Shown here piece after piece: positions 28,801 through 37,603 of a stretch of 64,000 nucleotides of DNA. Each line of letters opens with the position of its first letter. Position 1 is the first letter of the stretch. The notes beneath the pieces are model-generated. The model searched no databases. It saw nothing but the letters and a program-made list of their open reading frames with translations, and was not told where the DNA came from. A program made the position numbers and the translations under genes. Source of the stretch: Christensenellaceae bacterium (GTDB lineage: Bacteria > Bacillota > Clostridia > Christensenellales > CAG-138); assembly GCA_963667795.1 (NCBI GenBank), contig OY764017.1, positions 645,236 to 709,235 on the forward strand. The letters run 5' to 3'.

Positions 28801-31626
28801 GCGCATCAGCGTCAGGAAAATTGCGCTGACCGCCAGCCACGCCTGATAGGGCAGGAACGTGATATCCAGCAGCCCTTCCAGCAAGGCGGACTTCAGCGAA
28901 TCAACCACCGGTATATACCGCTTGGTGCGTGCATTTCGCTGAAACACCGATAACACACTGCTCAAAAGCGTGCCAATCAACGGCATCATGATCGTCAACA
29001 GCAGAAATCCAAGCCAAACCAATATACTCCCCGGCAGCACGGTCATCGCCAACAGCAAAAGCAGCATCAGGGCGGGAGTGCGCAGGCTGCGCCTGAGATT
29101 ATCGTAGATTTTCCAGCGGGAAAGAGCCGAAAGCGGATTCTTGATCCAGCTGCCGTCAGCACTTCGCACCATTGGCAGCACGTAGGAAAGCAACTGCCAG
29201 TCCCCGCGTACCCAGCGCCGCTGTCTCGCGGCATAGGCTTGATATTGCGCAGGAAACCCGTCCACTAGGGTCAGGTCAGAGGCGAGTCCTGTTCTGAGGT
29301 AGGAGCCTTCCAATAAATCGTGACTAAGCACCGTATTCTCCGGAATGGTCCCCTTAAGTACCGTTTGAAATACTGCAAGATCATAGATCCCTTTTCCCGT
29401 GAAGATCCCTTCGCCGAACATATCCTGATACACATCCGACAGCGCACCGGAATAAGGATCGATTGCATCCTGATTGGTGAAAATGCGCGAAAACAGTGTC
29501 CCGCTCGCGCATTCAATGTCGATATGTGGCTGAATCAAGCCGTATCCTTTTGTAACGACACGGCGTGTTTCGTCAACAAACGGACGGTTCAACGGGTGCG
29601 CCATGGTACCAATCAGGCGTTTCGCCATCCCGATCGGCAAAATCGTCTCACTGTCCAGTGTAATCACGTAACGAATCTTTCCGAATGGCGGTGTTTTGGA
29701 CGATGCGCAGACGAAGCTCGTATCCGGAGAGCCCTGAATAAGATCGTTGAACTCCATAATCGCTCCGCGCTTGCGTTCCCAACCGATCCAGATATCGTTA
29801 CTCGCGTTATATTGTCGTTCCCGATGGAAGAAGAAGAATATCTCCTTTCCTCCGGCATACCTATCATTGAGCGCTTTGATCCCCGCCAGCGCGGATGCCG
29901 TAATGCTCTCGTCCGCGGGCAAATGCGCTCTGCATGCATCACCAAATGCTCCAATGATGGCAAAATACAGATTTCGCTCGCGGTTTCGAAGATAATGCTC
30001 CTCCATGGTCTGCAAAACCTCCGCAACGCGGTCTTCACTTGGCAGCAAGGTTGGAATGATGACCATCGTACTCAATTCATCCGGTATTCCATCCTTCAAC
30101 TCCAGCTTTGGAAGAAGCTTCGGTTTCGTGATTCGACCGACCATGCGGTTCACAAGATAAACCGCTATCTCCGAAGCCGGTATCAACAACACAAGCGTAC
30201 AAAGAAAGCCATAGAATACTTTCCCGCTTGACGCGGCATGTGCGCCATAGATCGTGCCAAGAAGAACAATCGCAGTGGAGATCACCGAAATTGCAAGAAG
30301 GTACAATAGCCAGCGTGTCTTTCTGTGATCGCTTTCGGCACTTCTTCGCTTTTTCCCCGTCAACTGGCTCTTTAACTGGCTCACACCTTCGTCTATGAGG
30401 TAATATCCAACATGGCCCGTCCGTTCAGAATCCAGTCCTTTGCCGAACGCGTCCGCAGCCAGTTTCAGCGCTTCCCACGCCACATGTACTTCAGAGCAAC
30501 GGCAGTCTACCGCGATGCACGAGATCTGTTGTTTGTAGAAATCTCTCGTCGGTAAATCCATCGCTTGATAGACCTGATCGCCCCCTGTTCGAAGGACTTG
30601 TTCAATCCTGCTTGCGGCGGGTAACAACGCGCTCCAATCCAGCGATGAAAAATAGTGAAGCCGCTTCACGCTGTTCTCCATAGCGACCGTCGCGAGAGAT
30701 TGCGCGCTGTGCTCCATCTGCGTCACTTCATCCGCAGACGTTCCATGTTTTGATAGAACTGCTTCCAAAATCGCAATCGCGCCCGAAGGGTTTCGCTCCG
30801 CGCGCCGCAGTCGAAAACAGAGATGCTCGGCAAAGGTGAGATCGACCCCGGCACCTGTTAAAATGCTTGACGCAAGCTGCGCATGAAATTTTGCCAACGT
30901 TTTAGAAGTTTCCTTCATAAACACGTCAAAAACCGCGTCTGCTCTCTTGCGGCTTTTTACCTCGGCAATGATGTCTTCACAAAGGCAGCGAATATCTTCC
31001 AGATTCACGAGGCGCAGTACAATCGGCAGGGCTCGTACTTCCCGTTCAAGCAGAATATTCTTTGCCTGATAGGCAGAAAAATAGGATGTGAGCGCAGCTT
31101 CATCCAGCGTGTTGCTACTTCCCGCAATCAGCTCGACCGCCATCACATAAACCCGCGCATACCCTTTGTAAGGGCCAGATTGCAGCACAGGCAGGCGTAG
31201 ATAGTCCTTTCTTTTTAATTCCGTCCGCAGCACACGATACTGTGAGTCGATGATATAGAAATTATCGAGCAACCACTCCGCCGAAGCCGGCACGTCGATC
31301 TTACTCATCAGGTTTTCGTTGAGGTCTTCACAAGCCGTTTGAATGCATTTAAAATTGCTCTTCAGCCGCGAAAGCGGCCAGTCAAGCGAGCTTCTTTTTT
31401 TTGACGCCAGATGCGCAATAGTCGCCTGCCGCGCGTAGGTATGCGGGTCTTCTATGGAAAGCGCCGCGACGCGTTTGCTTCCGACTCGTTCCCGCGCAAA
31501 AATCAATATGATCATGAAAAAAAATAAAAAGGCACCTGCTAATACTAAGATGCCGATGAGTAACGTATTCACGTATTCCAAGCTCCTTCCAAACCTATAT
31601 CCCAAACAAGGAATTGTTGCTGGCAT
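22867..31626 (-). CDS. Cyclic beta-1,2-glucan synthase-like giant glycosyltransferase/phosphorylase (2919 aa)
   Basis: A single 8.76-kb ORF. It has N-terminal TM segments, a glycosyltransferase region with VITLDSETILP, more TM segments, and a C-terminal GH94-like region (RFSDDFLWLPYV, GGGDWNDGMN). Size and domain order match ChvB/NdvB/Cgs proteins. Confidence 0.8.
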   Translation of the reverse strand: MPATIPCLGYRFGRSLEYVNTLLIGILVLAGAFLFFFMIILIFARERVGSKRVAALSIEDPHTYARQATIAHLASKKRSSLDWPLSRLKSNFKCIQTACEDLNENLMSKIDVPASAEWLLDNFYIIDSQYRVLRTELKRKDYLRLPVLQSGPYKGYARVYVMAVELIAGSSNTLDEAALTSYFSAYQAKNILLEREVRALPIVLRLVNLEDIRCLCEDIIAEVKSRKRADAVFDVFMKETSKTLAKFHAQLASSILTGAGVDLTFAEHLCFRLRRAERNPSGAIAILEAVLSKHGTSADEVTQMEHSAQSLATVAMENSVKRLHYFSSLDWSALLPAASRIEQVLRTGGDQVYQAMDLPTRDFYKQQISCIAVDCRCSEVHVAWEALKLAADAFGKGLDSERTGHVGYYLIDEGVSQLKSQLTGKKRRSAESDHRKTRWLLYLLAISVISTAIVLLGTIYGAHAASSGKVFYGFLCTLVLLIPASEIAVYLVNRMVGRITKPKLLPKLELKDGIPDELSTMVIIPTLLPSEDRVAEVLQTMEEHYLRNRERNLYFAIIGAFGDACRAHLPADESITASALAGIKALNDRYAGGKEIFFFFHRERQYNASNDIWIGWERKRGAIMEFNDLIQGSPDTSFVCASSKTPPFGKIRYVITLDSETILPIGMAKRLIGTMAHPLNRPFVDETRRVVTKGYGLIQPHIDIECASGTLFSRIFTNQDAIDPYSGALSDVYQDMFGEGIFTGKGIYDLAVFQTVLKGTIPENTVLSHDLLEGSYLRTGLASDLTLVDGFPAQYQAYAARQRRWVRGDWQLLSYVLPMVRSADGSWIKNPLSALSRWKIYDNLRRSLRTPALMLLLLLAMTVLPGSILVWLGFLLLTIMMPLIGTLLSSVLSVFQRNARTKRYIPVVDSLKSALLEGLLDITFLPYQAWLAVSAIFLTLMRVWVTKKNLLEWVTSADSEAKPLATPAGYVRFMQAPIWQSLACIAAVASMGAWDRVLMLLPLILLWVVSPVIAFAISKETIVTSGLNLADKAELENTARKTWRYFEEFSAEDTHFLAPDNYQLEPYKGVAARTSPTNIGFGLLAALTARDMGFIGTIELIGLVENTIATIEGLPKWNGHLFNWYDTVTLKPLNPVYVSTVDSGNLTGYLMTLAQGLQEYLDRPLIDIGFFDGLAVTVSCGEKERYIAWRTRILQAKETVASLGAGSISGMRVMHDALVDWLEELGAASLEGDVWLEKARLQMQGQLTVLADYFSSALLPRALPEAADTPEDLGRLLDLLGGNCAFGELPVRQRAASALAGRMRDPKIGAEVQPSPEVTPWLSGVQIALSQSAERSLREVLRCTALIDRIRTINAAVQFRPLYNEKKKLFSIGYNLEDNKLTNSYYDLLASEARLASYIAIANGEIPASHWFSMGRTLTVQGRYKGLVSWTGTMFEYLMPLLIMKSYSNTLLDEACSFAVRSQMKFAKKRSMPWGMSESAYNSLDKRNDYQYKAIGIPWLGLKRGLNEDSVVAPYATFLALLVQPDEALKNIARLKEEHMDGAYGFYEAADFTKDRLYFEPRRVIIKSFMAHHQGMSLLVINEYLNHNRMQERFAKNPAVRAYRHLLQEKVPANIVMTKAVSEKVSLPSFKFSKQELPVRMFRRPNTGLPRVHMLSNGNYSVMLTDAGTGYSKNKVVAITRWQEDSTLDRFGTFLYLRDMESGKQWSSAYAPLNQMPDSYEVEFADDKAIYRRTDGEVDSKTEVFVATNDNVEIRKVTLENHSDATKTIEITSYCEVVLAPRAADQAHMAFSNLFVETDFHAQSGMITAKRRPRSDKEMEVCLGAHLVRNSDQNEEIEFETDRAQFIGRGNDASCPQALRSSQPLSGTVGAVLDPIISLRTRVVIEPGKTAALALVMITAGDKEALLAIAKRYETMRDIELSAHHAYERSRIETKYRDFKASEITLYLNMLSHLLFLSPARRINSDRISQNHRGQSALWRYGISGDLPILLVALTAETQIPLLHEAIKAYEYWGVMDISADMIVIVSEEAAYTSPLRDLAVGIMESYKRYNTMLRPDEIVLLNRKDITQEDYALLISASRIFLQGGNGTMEAQLSGIAKRYLPEQTLFSKETAVYPPDILQHQELLYDNGIGGFRPDGKEYCIRLEHEHTPAPWINVIANPNFGFIVSESGSGYTWRENSHEFRLTPWSNDAVSDPPGEVLYLCDKDTGKIFTPTALPIRDEGIYHIRHGFGYSVFSHSCLGISQTLTQFVPEKDALKISLLVLKNETNEIRRLSATYYVRPVLGVSDQITAMHIQTSMSESGALLMRNPYNEDFPGRICYMNCSVEEHTVTGDRKEFFGTGGLKSPDCLKRDCLSGELGIGLDPCGAMQINLELQPGEERTVVFLLGAADGEGEIARACDAYLDAQRVQDTLQAVADSWDAALSKVRVITPDAALNLLQNGWLLYQVIACRLWARTGFYQSGGAFGFRDQLQDILAVAATNPALARGQILRHAKHQFVEGDVQHWWHEPMGSGVRTRFSDDFLWLPYVTAEYTRISGDDSILLEMVPFLQGNQLTEQEHERYERATTSTEEATLYEHCLRAIRRGLSFGVHGLPLMGGGDWNDGMNAVGEKGLGESVWLGWFLSDVLGEFSSVCDAWGDHTLASTLRETRKTLLKAVEEHAWDGGWYRRAYFDDGTALGSIRNVDCKIDSIAQSWSVLSGGGEAERTRKAMQSLEDYLVNRDEGLIKLMTPPFDKGKSEPGYIKGYVPGVRENGGQYTHAAAWAIIAFAKLGGGDKALALYDLINPIHHTSSYRGYAKYKTEPYALPADVYAAWPHMGRGGWSWYTGAAGWLYRAGLESILGIQKEGDYLIINPGIPAGWQSYSVEYHFDSATYHITVQNPNRVQTGVVSMTMDGENLTGAVALKDDAREHWIDVLMG

Positions 31627-32207
31627 ACCTTATGACATTCTCTGCCACAATGGAGCATCGAACAGATCGATCCCGCTGTTGAGCGCTCTGCGATCTGTTA
31701 ACCGGAGCCTGGCCAAGTTGCACCGCGATACTTGTTATATTTTTGCTTGTAGTTCCCCTCTTGTTTCAATTTGTTCAAATCATCATAATATTTATGCAAT
31801 AAATAATTCGTCACTTATGATTGGTTATTCCATTATACTACACATTTGTACAATTCACTCTCCGCGCTGAAAATAAATCGATTCCTTCAATCTAGGGTCG
31901 CAAACGATCTATTTGCTGTTCTTAATGATAATTATCGTACTTATATGCCTATTATTGTTGTAACAATTGTTTGTGTTTTACTAGTATTATTCGTTCCAAT
32001 GAAGTATGCTAAATATGAGAGTGTCTTTCCGCAGCGTACGCAACCCGAAACTGTGTGTGAGCGTAAACTCGACTCGCCCGCCTACCGCGTCAGGATGCAA
32101 CCGAACAAACAAGCCTTTGCAACTTCACAGCACAATGATAAACATGATTCCCTTCAGCCTACTGACTCAATTTCTAATTACTCTTTTGATAACGGACGGA
32201 TGAAAAT

Positions 32208-34760
32208 ATGCGTAAAATGGTTGATCAAGCGGGAAGGCCCGAAAACCTGATAGGGTTTGCACGATTCTCCGTGCTATATAATGATGCGGGTCAGCCGTGT
32301 GATTGTGTTTTCACGCAGGTGAATCCGGCGTTTGAAACGCTTTTCTCGCTCAAGCGCATGGACGTTATCGGTAAAACACTAAGCGAGGTTCTTCCTCCAG
32401 TGACAAATCTGAAGGATAGCCAATTACCATTTTTGATTGAACAAGTGATCCGCGAGGGTAGCGCCGAACTGGAACAGTATTGCGGTAAGATTCAACACCT
32501 GTTCAGCGTGTTCACTTTTTCCAGTGACCCAAAATCGATCACCGCAATATTCTCCGATCGAACAGAGCAAAACAAAGCGCCACAAGCACTCAAGAACGCA
32601 AACGAACGATTCATGCAGTTGTTTAACGCAGGATTCGACGCAGCCATTATCGTGCGTAAGAGCGATGGTTGTATTGTAGAAGTCAATTCTAGTTTTCTTT
32701 CCCTTTCGCGATTCTCGCGCAAAGAATTAGTCGGTAAAAGCATCGCCGATCTAGGACTGTTTACACGCTCGAACGCGACCAGCGGCGAGCCTGAGCAAGT
32801 CATCGATATCGACAAGCTAGACAATATGGAAGTTTCCATCCGCCATAAAAACGGGCGTACATTTGACGGACTTATCTCTGCCAAAGCGCTTTTTCTTTGG
32901 GGCAGTAAGCATATTTGCATCTATCTTCGAGATATATCCAATCGCAAGCAATCTGATGAAGCCTTGGTTGTTTCCGAAAAAAATTATAGGCGCTTGTTTG
33001 AAGCGGCAAAGGACGGCATTCTGATTTTGGACGCGGAAACCGGCGAGATCACAAGCGTGAATCCGTTCTTAATCAACCTGTTGGGATATAGTGAAGAGGA
33101 GTTTCTTAAAAAATGCATCTGGGACTTAGGGGTATTTAAAGATATCCTTGCAAACCGGGAAAATTTTTTGGAGTTGCAAAGCAAGGAGTATATCCGCTAC
33201 GAAAACCTTCCATTGGAAACAGCCGATGGGCGCAACGTCCACGTTGAGTTTGTCAGCAACGTATATCTGGTTGGCAATCGAAAGGTGATTCAATGCAATA
33301 TCCGCGACATCACGGAGCGAAAGTTGCTGGAGGAAGCGCTCGAAAAAGAAAAGCGCATGTTCGAAATTACTCTGATCTCCGTGGGCGATGGTGTGATTTC
33401 CTGTGACAACAAAGGCCGTATCATCTTTCTCAACAGAGCTGCCGAGCTGCTTACGGAATGGACGCTTGATGAAGCGAGAAATGAAACGCTGGAAAAAGTG
33501 TTTACCATCGTCGACGAGTTCTCTCGCAGGGTGAGCCAAAACATCATTGATGATGCGATTAAAAACGAGAATGTTTTTCAACAGGGACGCCATATCTTGC
33601 TCATCTCCAAATACGGCATTGAGCGTTCGGTGGAATACACCGTAGCGCCAATCATCGAGGACAACGGAGCCGTGGTTGGCAGTGTGCTCGTATTTCGCGA
33701 TTTTTCAGATAAGCGCCGTGAAGAGAAGAAAATCGAATTCCTCAGCTATCACGATCAGCTCACCGGGCTTTACAACCGTCGCTTCTATGAAGAGGAGCTC
33801 AAACGGCTGGACACAAAGCGGAATCTACCGCTCGCCATCGTCATGGGCGATGTCAACGGACTCAAGTTGGTCAATGATTCCTTCGGTCATCTTGCCGGAG
33901 ATGAATTGCTCATGAAAGTCGCCTCTGTTATGCAAAAGGGTTGCCGGACAGATGATATTCTGGCGCGGCTTGGCGGCGACGAGTTTGTGATCATTCTTCC
34001 CCAGACCGATGCAAAAGGTGCAGAATCCGCGATTCAGCGTATCAAGGATTTACTGAATATTGAAAAGGTTGGAGCAATCGATCTTTCCGTTTCTTTTGGA
34101 TACGAAATCAAGAAGCAGGCAGACGAAAACATGCAGGAAATCTTTAAAAATGCGGAAGATCATCTCTACCGACACAAGCTTTACGAAAGCCTGAGTATGC
34201 GAAGTCAAACGATCAATCTCGTTCTGAATACACTTTTTGAAAAGAATCAACGGGAAATGATGCACTCCAAGCGTGTTGGCGAGATAGCTGAACTCATCGC
34301 AGTCAAATTGGGTCTGAGCGAGGAGGACGTTCGAAACATGAAAACCGCCGGATCAATGCACGACATCGGAAAAATCGGCATTGACGAAGCTATACTCAAC
34401 AAGCCCTCACGACTGACGGACTTCGAACGGGAGGAGATGCAGCGACATCCAGAAATCGGATATCGCATCTTAAGTTCGGTTAGTGAATTTTCGGAGATTG
34501 CCGTGTGCATTCTGGAGCATCACGAGCGCTGGGATGGTACCGGATACCCGCGCGGATTGAAGGGTAACGAAATCTGCCTGGAAGCTCGAATTCTCGCTAT
34601 TGCAGATGCGTATGATGCGATGACCAGCGATAGAACCTACCACCCTGCGCTCAACGCCCAGGAAGCGCTTGCAGAGATTCACGCATGCGAAGGCGCGCAG
34701 TTTGATCCAGATATCGTTCGGCTGTTTACCGTAGGGGTTCTTGGAGAAACAAGAGTATAG
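32208..34760 (+). CDS. PAS-PAS-PAS-GGDEF-HD-GYP signalling protein (c-di-GMP turnover)
   Basis: Repeated PAS-like modules, GGDEF motif RLGGDEFVIILP, and HD-GYP motifs HDIGKIGI and HHERWDGTGYP. Confidence 0.85.
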   Translation: MRKMVDQAGRPENLIGFARFSVLYNDAGQPCDCVFTQVNPAFETLFSLKRMDVIGKTLSEVLPPVTNLKDSQLPFLIEQVIREGSAELEQYCGKIQHLFSVFTFSSDPKSITAIFSDRTEQNKAPQALKNANERFMQLFNAGFDAAIIVRKSDGCIVEVNSSFLSLSRFSRKELVGKSIADLGLFTRSNATSGEPEQVIDIDKLDNMEVSIRHKNGRTFDGLISAKALFLWGSKHICIYLRDISNRKQSDEALVVSEKNYRRLFEAAKDGILILDAETGEITSVNPFLINLLGYSEEEFLKKCIWDLGVFKDILANRENFLELQSKEYIRYENLPLETADGRNVHVEFVSNVYLVGNRKVIQCNIRDITERKLLEEALEKEKRMFEITLISVGDGVISCDNKGRIIFLNRAAELLTEWTLDEARNETLEKVFTIVDEFSRRVSQNIIDDAIKNENVFQQGRHILLISKYGIERSVEYTVAPIIEDNGAVVGSVLVFRDFSDKRREEKKIEFLSYHDQLTGLYNRRFYEEELKRLDTKRNLPLAIVMGDVNGLKLVNDSFGHLAGDELLMKVASVMQKGCRTDDILARLGGDEFVIILPQTDAKGAESAIQRIKDLLNIEKVGAIDLSVSFGYEIKKQADENMQEIFKNAEDHLYRHKLYESLSMRSQTINLVLNTLFEKNQREMMHSKRVGEIAELIAVKLGLSEEDVRNMKTAGSMHDIGKIGIDEAILNKPSRLTDFEREEMQRHPEIGYRILSSVSEFSEIAVCILEHHERWDGTGYPRGLKGNEICLEARILAIADAYDAMTSDRTYHPALNAQEALAEIHACEGAQFDPDIVRLFTVGVLGETRV

Positions 34761-34800
34761 AGATTCGTCTCACCGATGTCTGACTTGAGGACCGAATATC

Positions 34801-35241
34801 AGTTCAGAATTGGTTCAAACCTACTACCTGATGTTTATTTGATGTTTATTGCCATCAATAACGGCTTATAATCGTTCATAATCATCAAAAATACATTTTG
34901 AATTATCCGCAAAGATCGGCGATTATCTTCAATTATCGTCGTATAATCACAACTATATTTCGCACAAGTACGCACTCATAACCCGGAGGTCGTAGGATCT
35001 CTTAGTCAATCGTCGACAAAAGGCAATGCTTTGCGGAGCGCTCTCAATAGAATAAATTTTTGACCCCCTCGTGCGTCAAAAATGCGACAAAAATCAAAAT
35101 CGACCTGCGAGCTTACTGCCTCGCAGGTCTTTCTCTATCTACCCTGAATAACGCTTTTTCGTGATTTGTCGCATTGTCGCACGAACTCTAAAACGAGCTA
35201 AAGTTGAACCCCCTAAAAAGTCGCCTACTTAGGGGGGGGTG
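34801..35241. repeat. About 440-bp noncoding repeat module, copy 2
   Basis: Homologous to 17152-17594. Contains a perfect hairpin GACCTGCGAG-CTTACTG-CCTCGCAGGTC and a hairpin CCCCCT...AGGGGGG. It begins 40 bp after the stop of the GGDEF gene. Confidence 0.8.
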
Positions 35242-35249
35242 GCGTGCCC

Positions 35250-36590
35250 GGTACTGCCAAGAATTATGCGCAAAAAGGAACGAGGCCGTAGGGTTGACGT
35301 TCAGCTGACGGCAGATTCGACGTCTGCCTGAATTTCCAGATGCTTCATGTTCATGTACTTCTTGTTCCCCCATTGCGTGCCTGCGACATGTCGCAGGCGT
35401 GCGCAAACCAGCATGAGTGCTGAATTGCCGTCCGGAAATGTACCGACCACCCGCGTTCTGCGACGAATCTCCCGGTTCAACCGTTCGATCACGTTGTTGG
35501 TGCGGATGCGCAGCCAGTGCTCGTATGGGAATTCCATATAGGTCAAAGTCTCCTCAATGCCGTTTTCCACCTTTTTAGCCGCTTCTTTGAGCTTCATAGC
35601 CCGCAGAGCTTCTACAACTTGAACAGCCTTCTCACGGGTGGCAGTTTTGCTCTCCTGTGCATGAATCGCTTTGAGCATTCTGGCCACCAGCTTCATCTTG
35701 CTGCGCGGTGTGGCCGAGAATACATTGCGATAGAAGTGGACGGTGCAACGCTGGTACTTTGCTTGCGGGAACACCTCTGCGGCGGCTTCCAGCATACCGA
35801 GACATTTATCGCCGACGATCAGGCGCACGCCGTCCAGCCCGCGCCCTTTGAGCCATTGCAGGAACGCCGTCCAGCTGGCTTTGTCTTCCTTCATTCCCTC
35901 GGCGGCGCCGATCACCTCGCGGTATCCATCCTCGTTGACGCCTAATGCAACAAGAATACTCACGTTCTCAAACTCGCCGCCCCAATTCCGCCTCAGGTAG
36001 ATCCCGTCCACGTAGACATACGGATATGTTCCGCCGTGCAAAGGCCTGTTGCGCCATGCTTCAATGTGAACGTAAGCTTTCTTGTTTAGCTCGCTGATGG
36101 TGGCGGGAGATACTTTGGTACCCCATAAGGCTTCGATAATATCCTCAACCCGGCGCACCGACACTCCGGCCAGATACATTTCAATCAGAGCTTCCTCAAC
36201 GCTGCTTTCCCGTCGGCGATACCGTTCGATGATCGCTGTTTCAAACGGGATTCCCTTCAGCCGCGGCATTTTCAGCGTCACGTCCCCGCTGGTTGTGGTC
36301 AGATTCCGGTTGTAGTGTCCGCTCCGATATCCCTGCCGGGCTTCGGTTCGCTCATATTTGGCTGCCTGGGTCAGCTCCTGTGCTTCCTTTTCCAGCAGGT
36401 CGTTCAGCGTTTCTTCCACGCTGCCGCGCACCAGTTCTTTCAATTCGTCCTTGATTGCGCCTTCATTTAACTGTATGATTTTCTTGGACATATGGTTAGC
36501 CTCCTTTGTGTGAATGGTTCTTGCAAACCTATTCTATCATTTGGCCTCTATATGTCCTTTTTTAATTTGCGCAACTTATTGTACGTTATC
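35250..36590 (-). mobile_element. Intact IS256-family insertion sequence (1341 bp)
   Basis: 8-bp target duplication GCGTGCCC (35242-35249 and 36591-36598). Ends are GGTACTGCCAAGAATTATGCGCAAAA and the reverse complement of the other end, GATAACGTACAATAAGTTGCGCAAAT. Confidence 0.85.
35301..36491 (-). CDS. IS256-family (Mutator-type) transposase
   Basis: 396 aa: MSKKIIQLNEGAIKDELKELVRGSVEETLNDLLEKEA...VYVDGIYLRRNWGG...RTNNVIERLNREIRRR. Confidence 0.9.
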   Translation of the reverse strand: MSKKIIQLNEGAIKDELKELVRGSVEETLNDLLEKEAQELTQAAKYERTEARQGYRSGHYNRNLTTTSGDVTLKMPRLKGIPFETAIIERYRRRESSVEEALIEMYLAGVSVRRVEDIIEALWGTKVSPATISELNKKAYVHIEAWRNRPLHGGTYPYVYVDGIYLRRNWGGEFENVSILVALGVNEDGYREVIGAAEGMKEDKASWTAFLQWLKGRGLDGVRLIVGDKCLGMLEAAAEVFPQAKYQRCTVHFYRNVFSATPRSKMKLVARMLKAIHAQESKTATREKAVQVVEALRAMKLKEAAKKVENGIEETLTYMEFPYEHWLRIRTNNVIERLNREIRRRTRVVGTFPDGNSALMLVCARLRHVAGTQWGNKKYMNMKHLEIQADVESAVS

Positions 36591-36591
36591 G

Positions 36592-36665
36592 CGTGCCCGG
36601 GAGGATTCGAACCTCTGGCCTTTGGAGTCGGAGTCTGATGCTCTATCCAGTTGAGCTACAGGCAC
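36592..36665 (-). tRNA. tRNA-Arg(CCG)-like copy, probably impaired
   Basis: GTGCCTG TA GCTC AACTGGATA GAGC A TCAGA CTCCGAC TCCAA AGGCC AGAGG TTCGAAT CCTCC CGGGCAC G. There are two mismatches in the anticodon stem, and the IS256 insertion separates the body from its CCA and trailer. Confidence 0.6.
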
Positions 36666-36850
36666 ATATGTTCTGTTGTCAATTCCTCGCCTACGGCCAG
36701 CAGTGTCGAAGTTCCGCTAATATCTGAAACTTTTTTTATTGTATAATTGATCAGACGCGAAGGCCTTACGTTAAGCATTCGTCTGCCATCGCCAAATGTC
36801 TCTTTTTTAGGTGCATTGAAAACTTAATTTTCTTTCGGTTTCCGGGTAGG

Positions 36851-37603
36851 TTACTCTTTATAGTGCAAATCAAAAAATTCGCCACACACCACCTGAATCT
36901 TCCCCGGCGCGCTGCCTGAATATCGGAATGGATAGCACGTGACGATTACGAACAAATTTTCATCCGATTGTGGCAATGTCCAATCTGCCGTTTTCTCGAA
37001 AACTTGGATTTCTTTTACGGTATAAGTTGCCGTTCGATTATCAACATACCAAAAGATGATCTCGTCGCCAATCTCTACATTTTCCAGCACCTTCAGATGA
37101 TTCCGATTTCGGTGGCCTAAAATTACACACATACCATCTTCGCCGGGCAACGCGCTGTCCGGCATCCATCCGGGACTTTGACGAAGCGTTGCTTCGTCCA
37201 CGTTATTCCGCACGGTGATGCTTTCCGCCCCGATTATCAGTTGCCCAAGAATATCATTCGAGCCACTTTTTACATCGCTGCTTGAAGGCGTCGGAGTAGT
37301 TGTGATGGTTGTGGAAGGATCAGGTGTAGAATCAGAATAAAATTGTTCTTCGTTTATCTCTGCTGGGGTTGGCGTAGTGGCCAGCGTATTGGGCGAGAAT
37401 GATTCGAACACCGTGGGTTCTGCCAGAGGCTCTGCTTGCTTACTGGAATTTCCACAAGCGATATCAAGTGGATATTTCAGTCCGAGATATATACCCGCAG
37501 CAACTCCGAAAGCCATCATAAGAACAAACATGAATTTTCGCATATAACTCCTTTGTGAAGATAGACGGGAGGCAACTGCCTCCCGTCTATCAATGTGGTT
37601 CAT
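36851..37603 (-). CDS. Sortase-family transpeptidase
   Basis: N-terminal TM, catalytic-type motifs VILGHRN and FVIVTCYPF. ATGA overlap with the adhesin stop (37600-37603). Confidence 0.75.
   Translation of the reverse strand: MNHIDRREAVASRLSSQRSYMRKFMFVLMMAFGVAAGIYLGLKYPLDIACGNSSKQAEPLAEPTVFESFSPNTLATTPTPAEINEEQFYSDSTPDPSTTITTTPTPSSSDVKSGSNDILGQLIIGAESITVRNNVDEATLRQSPGWMPDSALPGEDGMCVILGHRNRNHLKVLENVEIGDEIIFWYVDNRTATYTVKEIQVFEKTADWTLPQSDENLFVIVTCYPFRYSGSAPGKIQVVCGEFFDLHYKE

Noticed and set aside
22891-31200. Many 60-300-aa ORFs on both strands inside 22867-31626 (for example 29320..30231, 26218..26811, 28267..28761).
   Set aside because: All are nested within or antisense to the single uninterrupted 2919-codon frame, which has glycosyltransferase and GH94-type motifs. 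These are typical shadow ORFs.
31846-32250. The 134-aa plus-strand ORF upstream of, and overlapping, the PAS-GGDEF gene.
   Set aside because: It has only one hydrophobic stretch, no ribosome-binding site that I can see, and AT-rich intergenic composition. It also overlaps the better-supported start at 32208. I did not annotate it, although a small membrane protein cannot be excluded.
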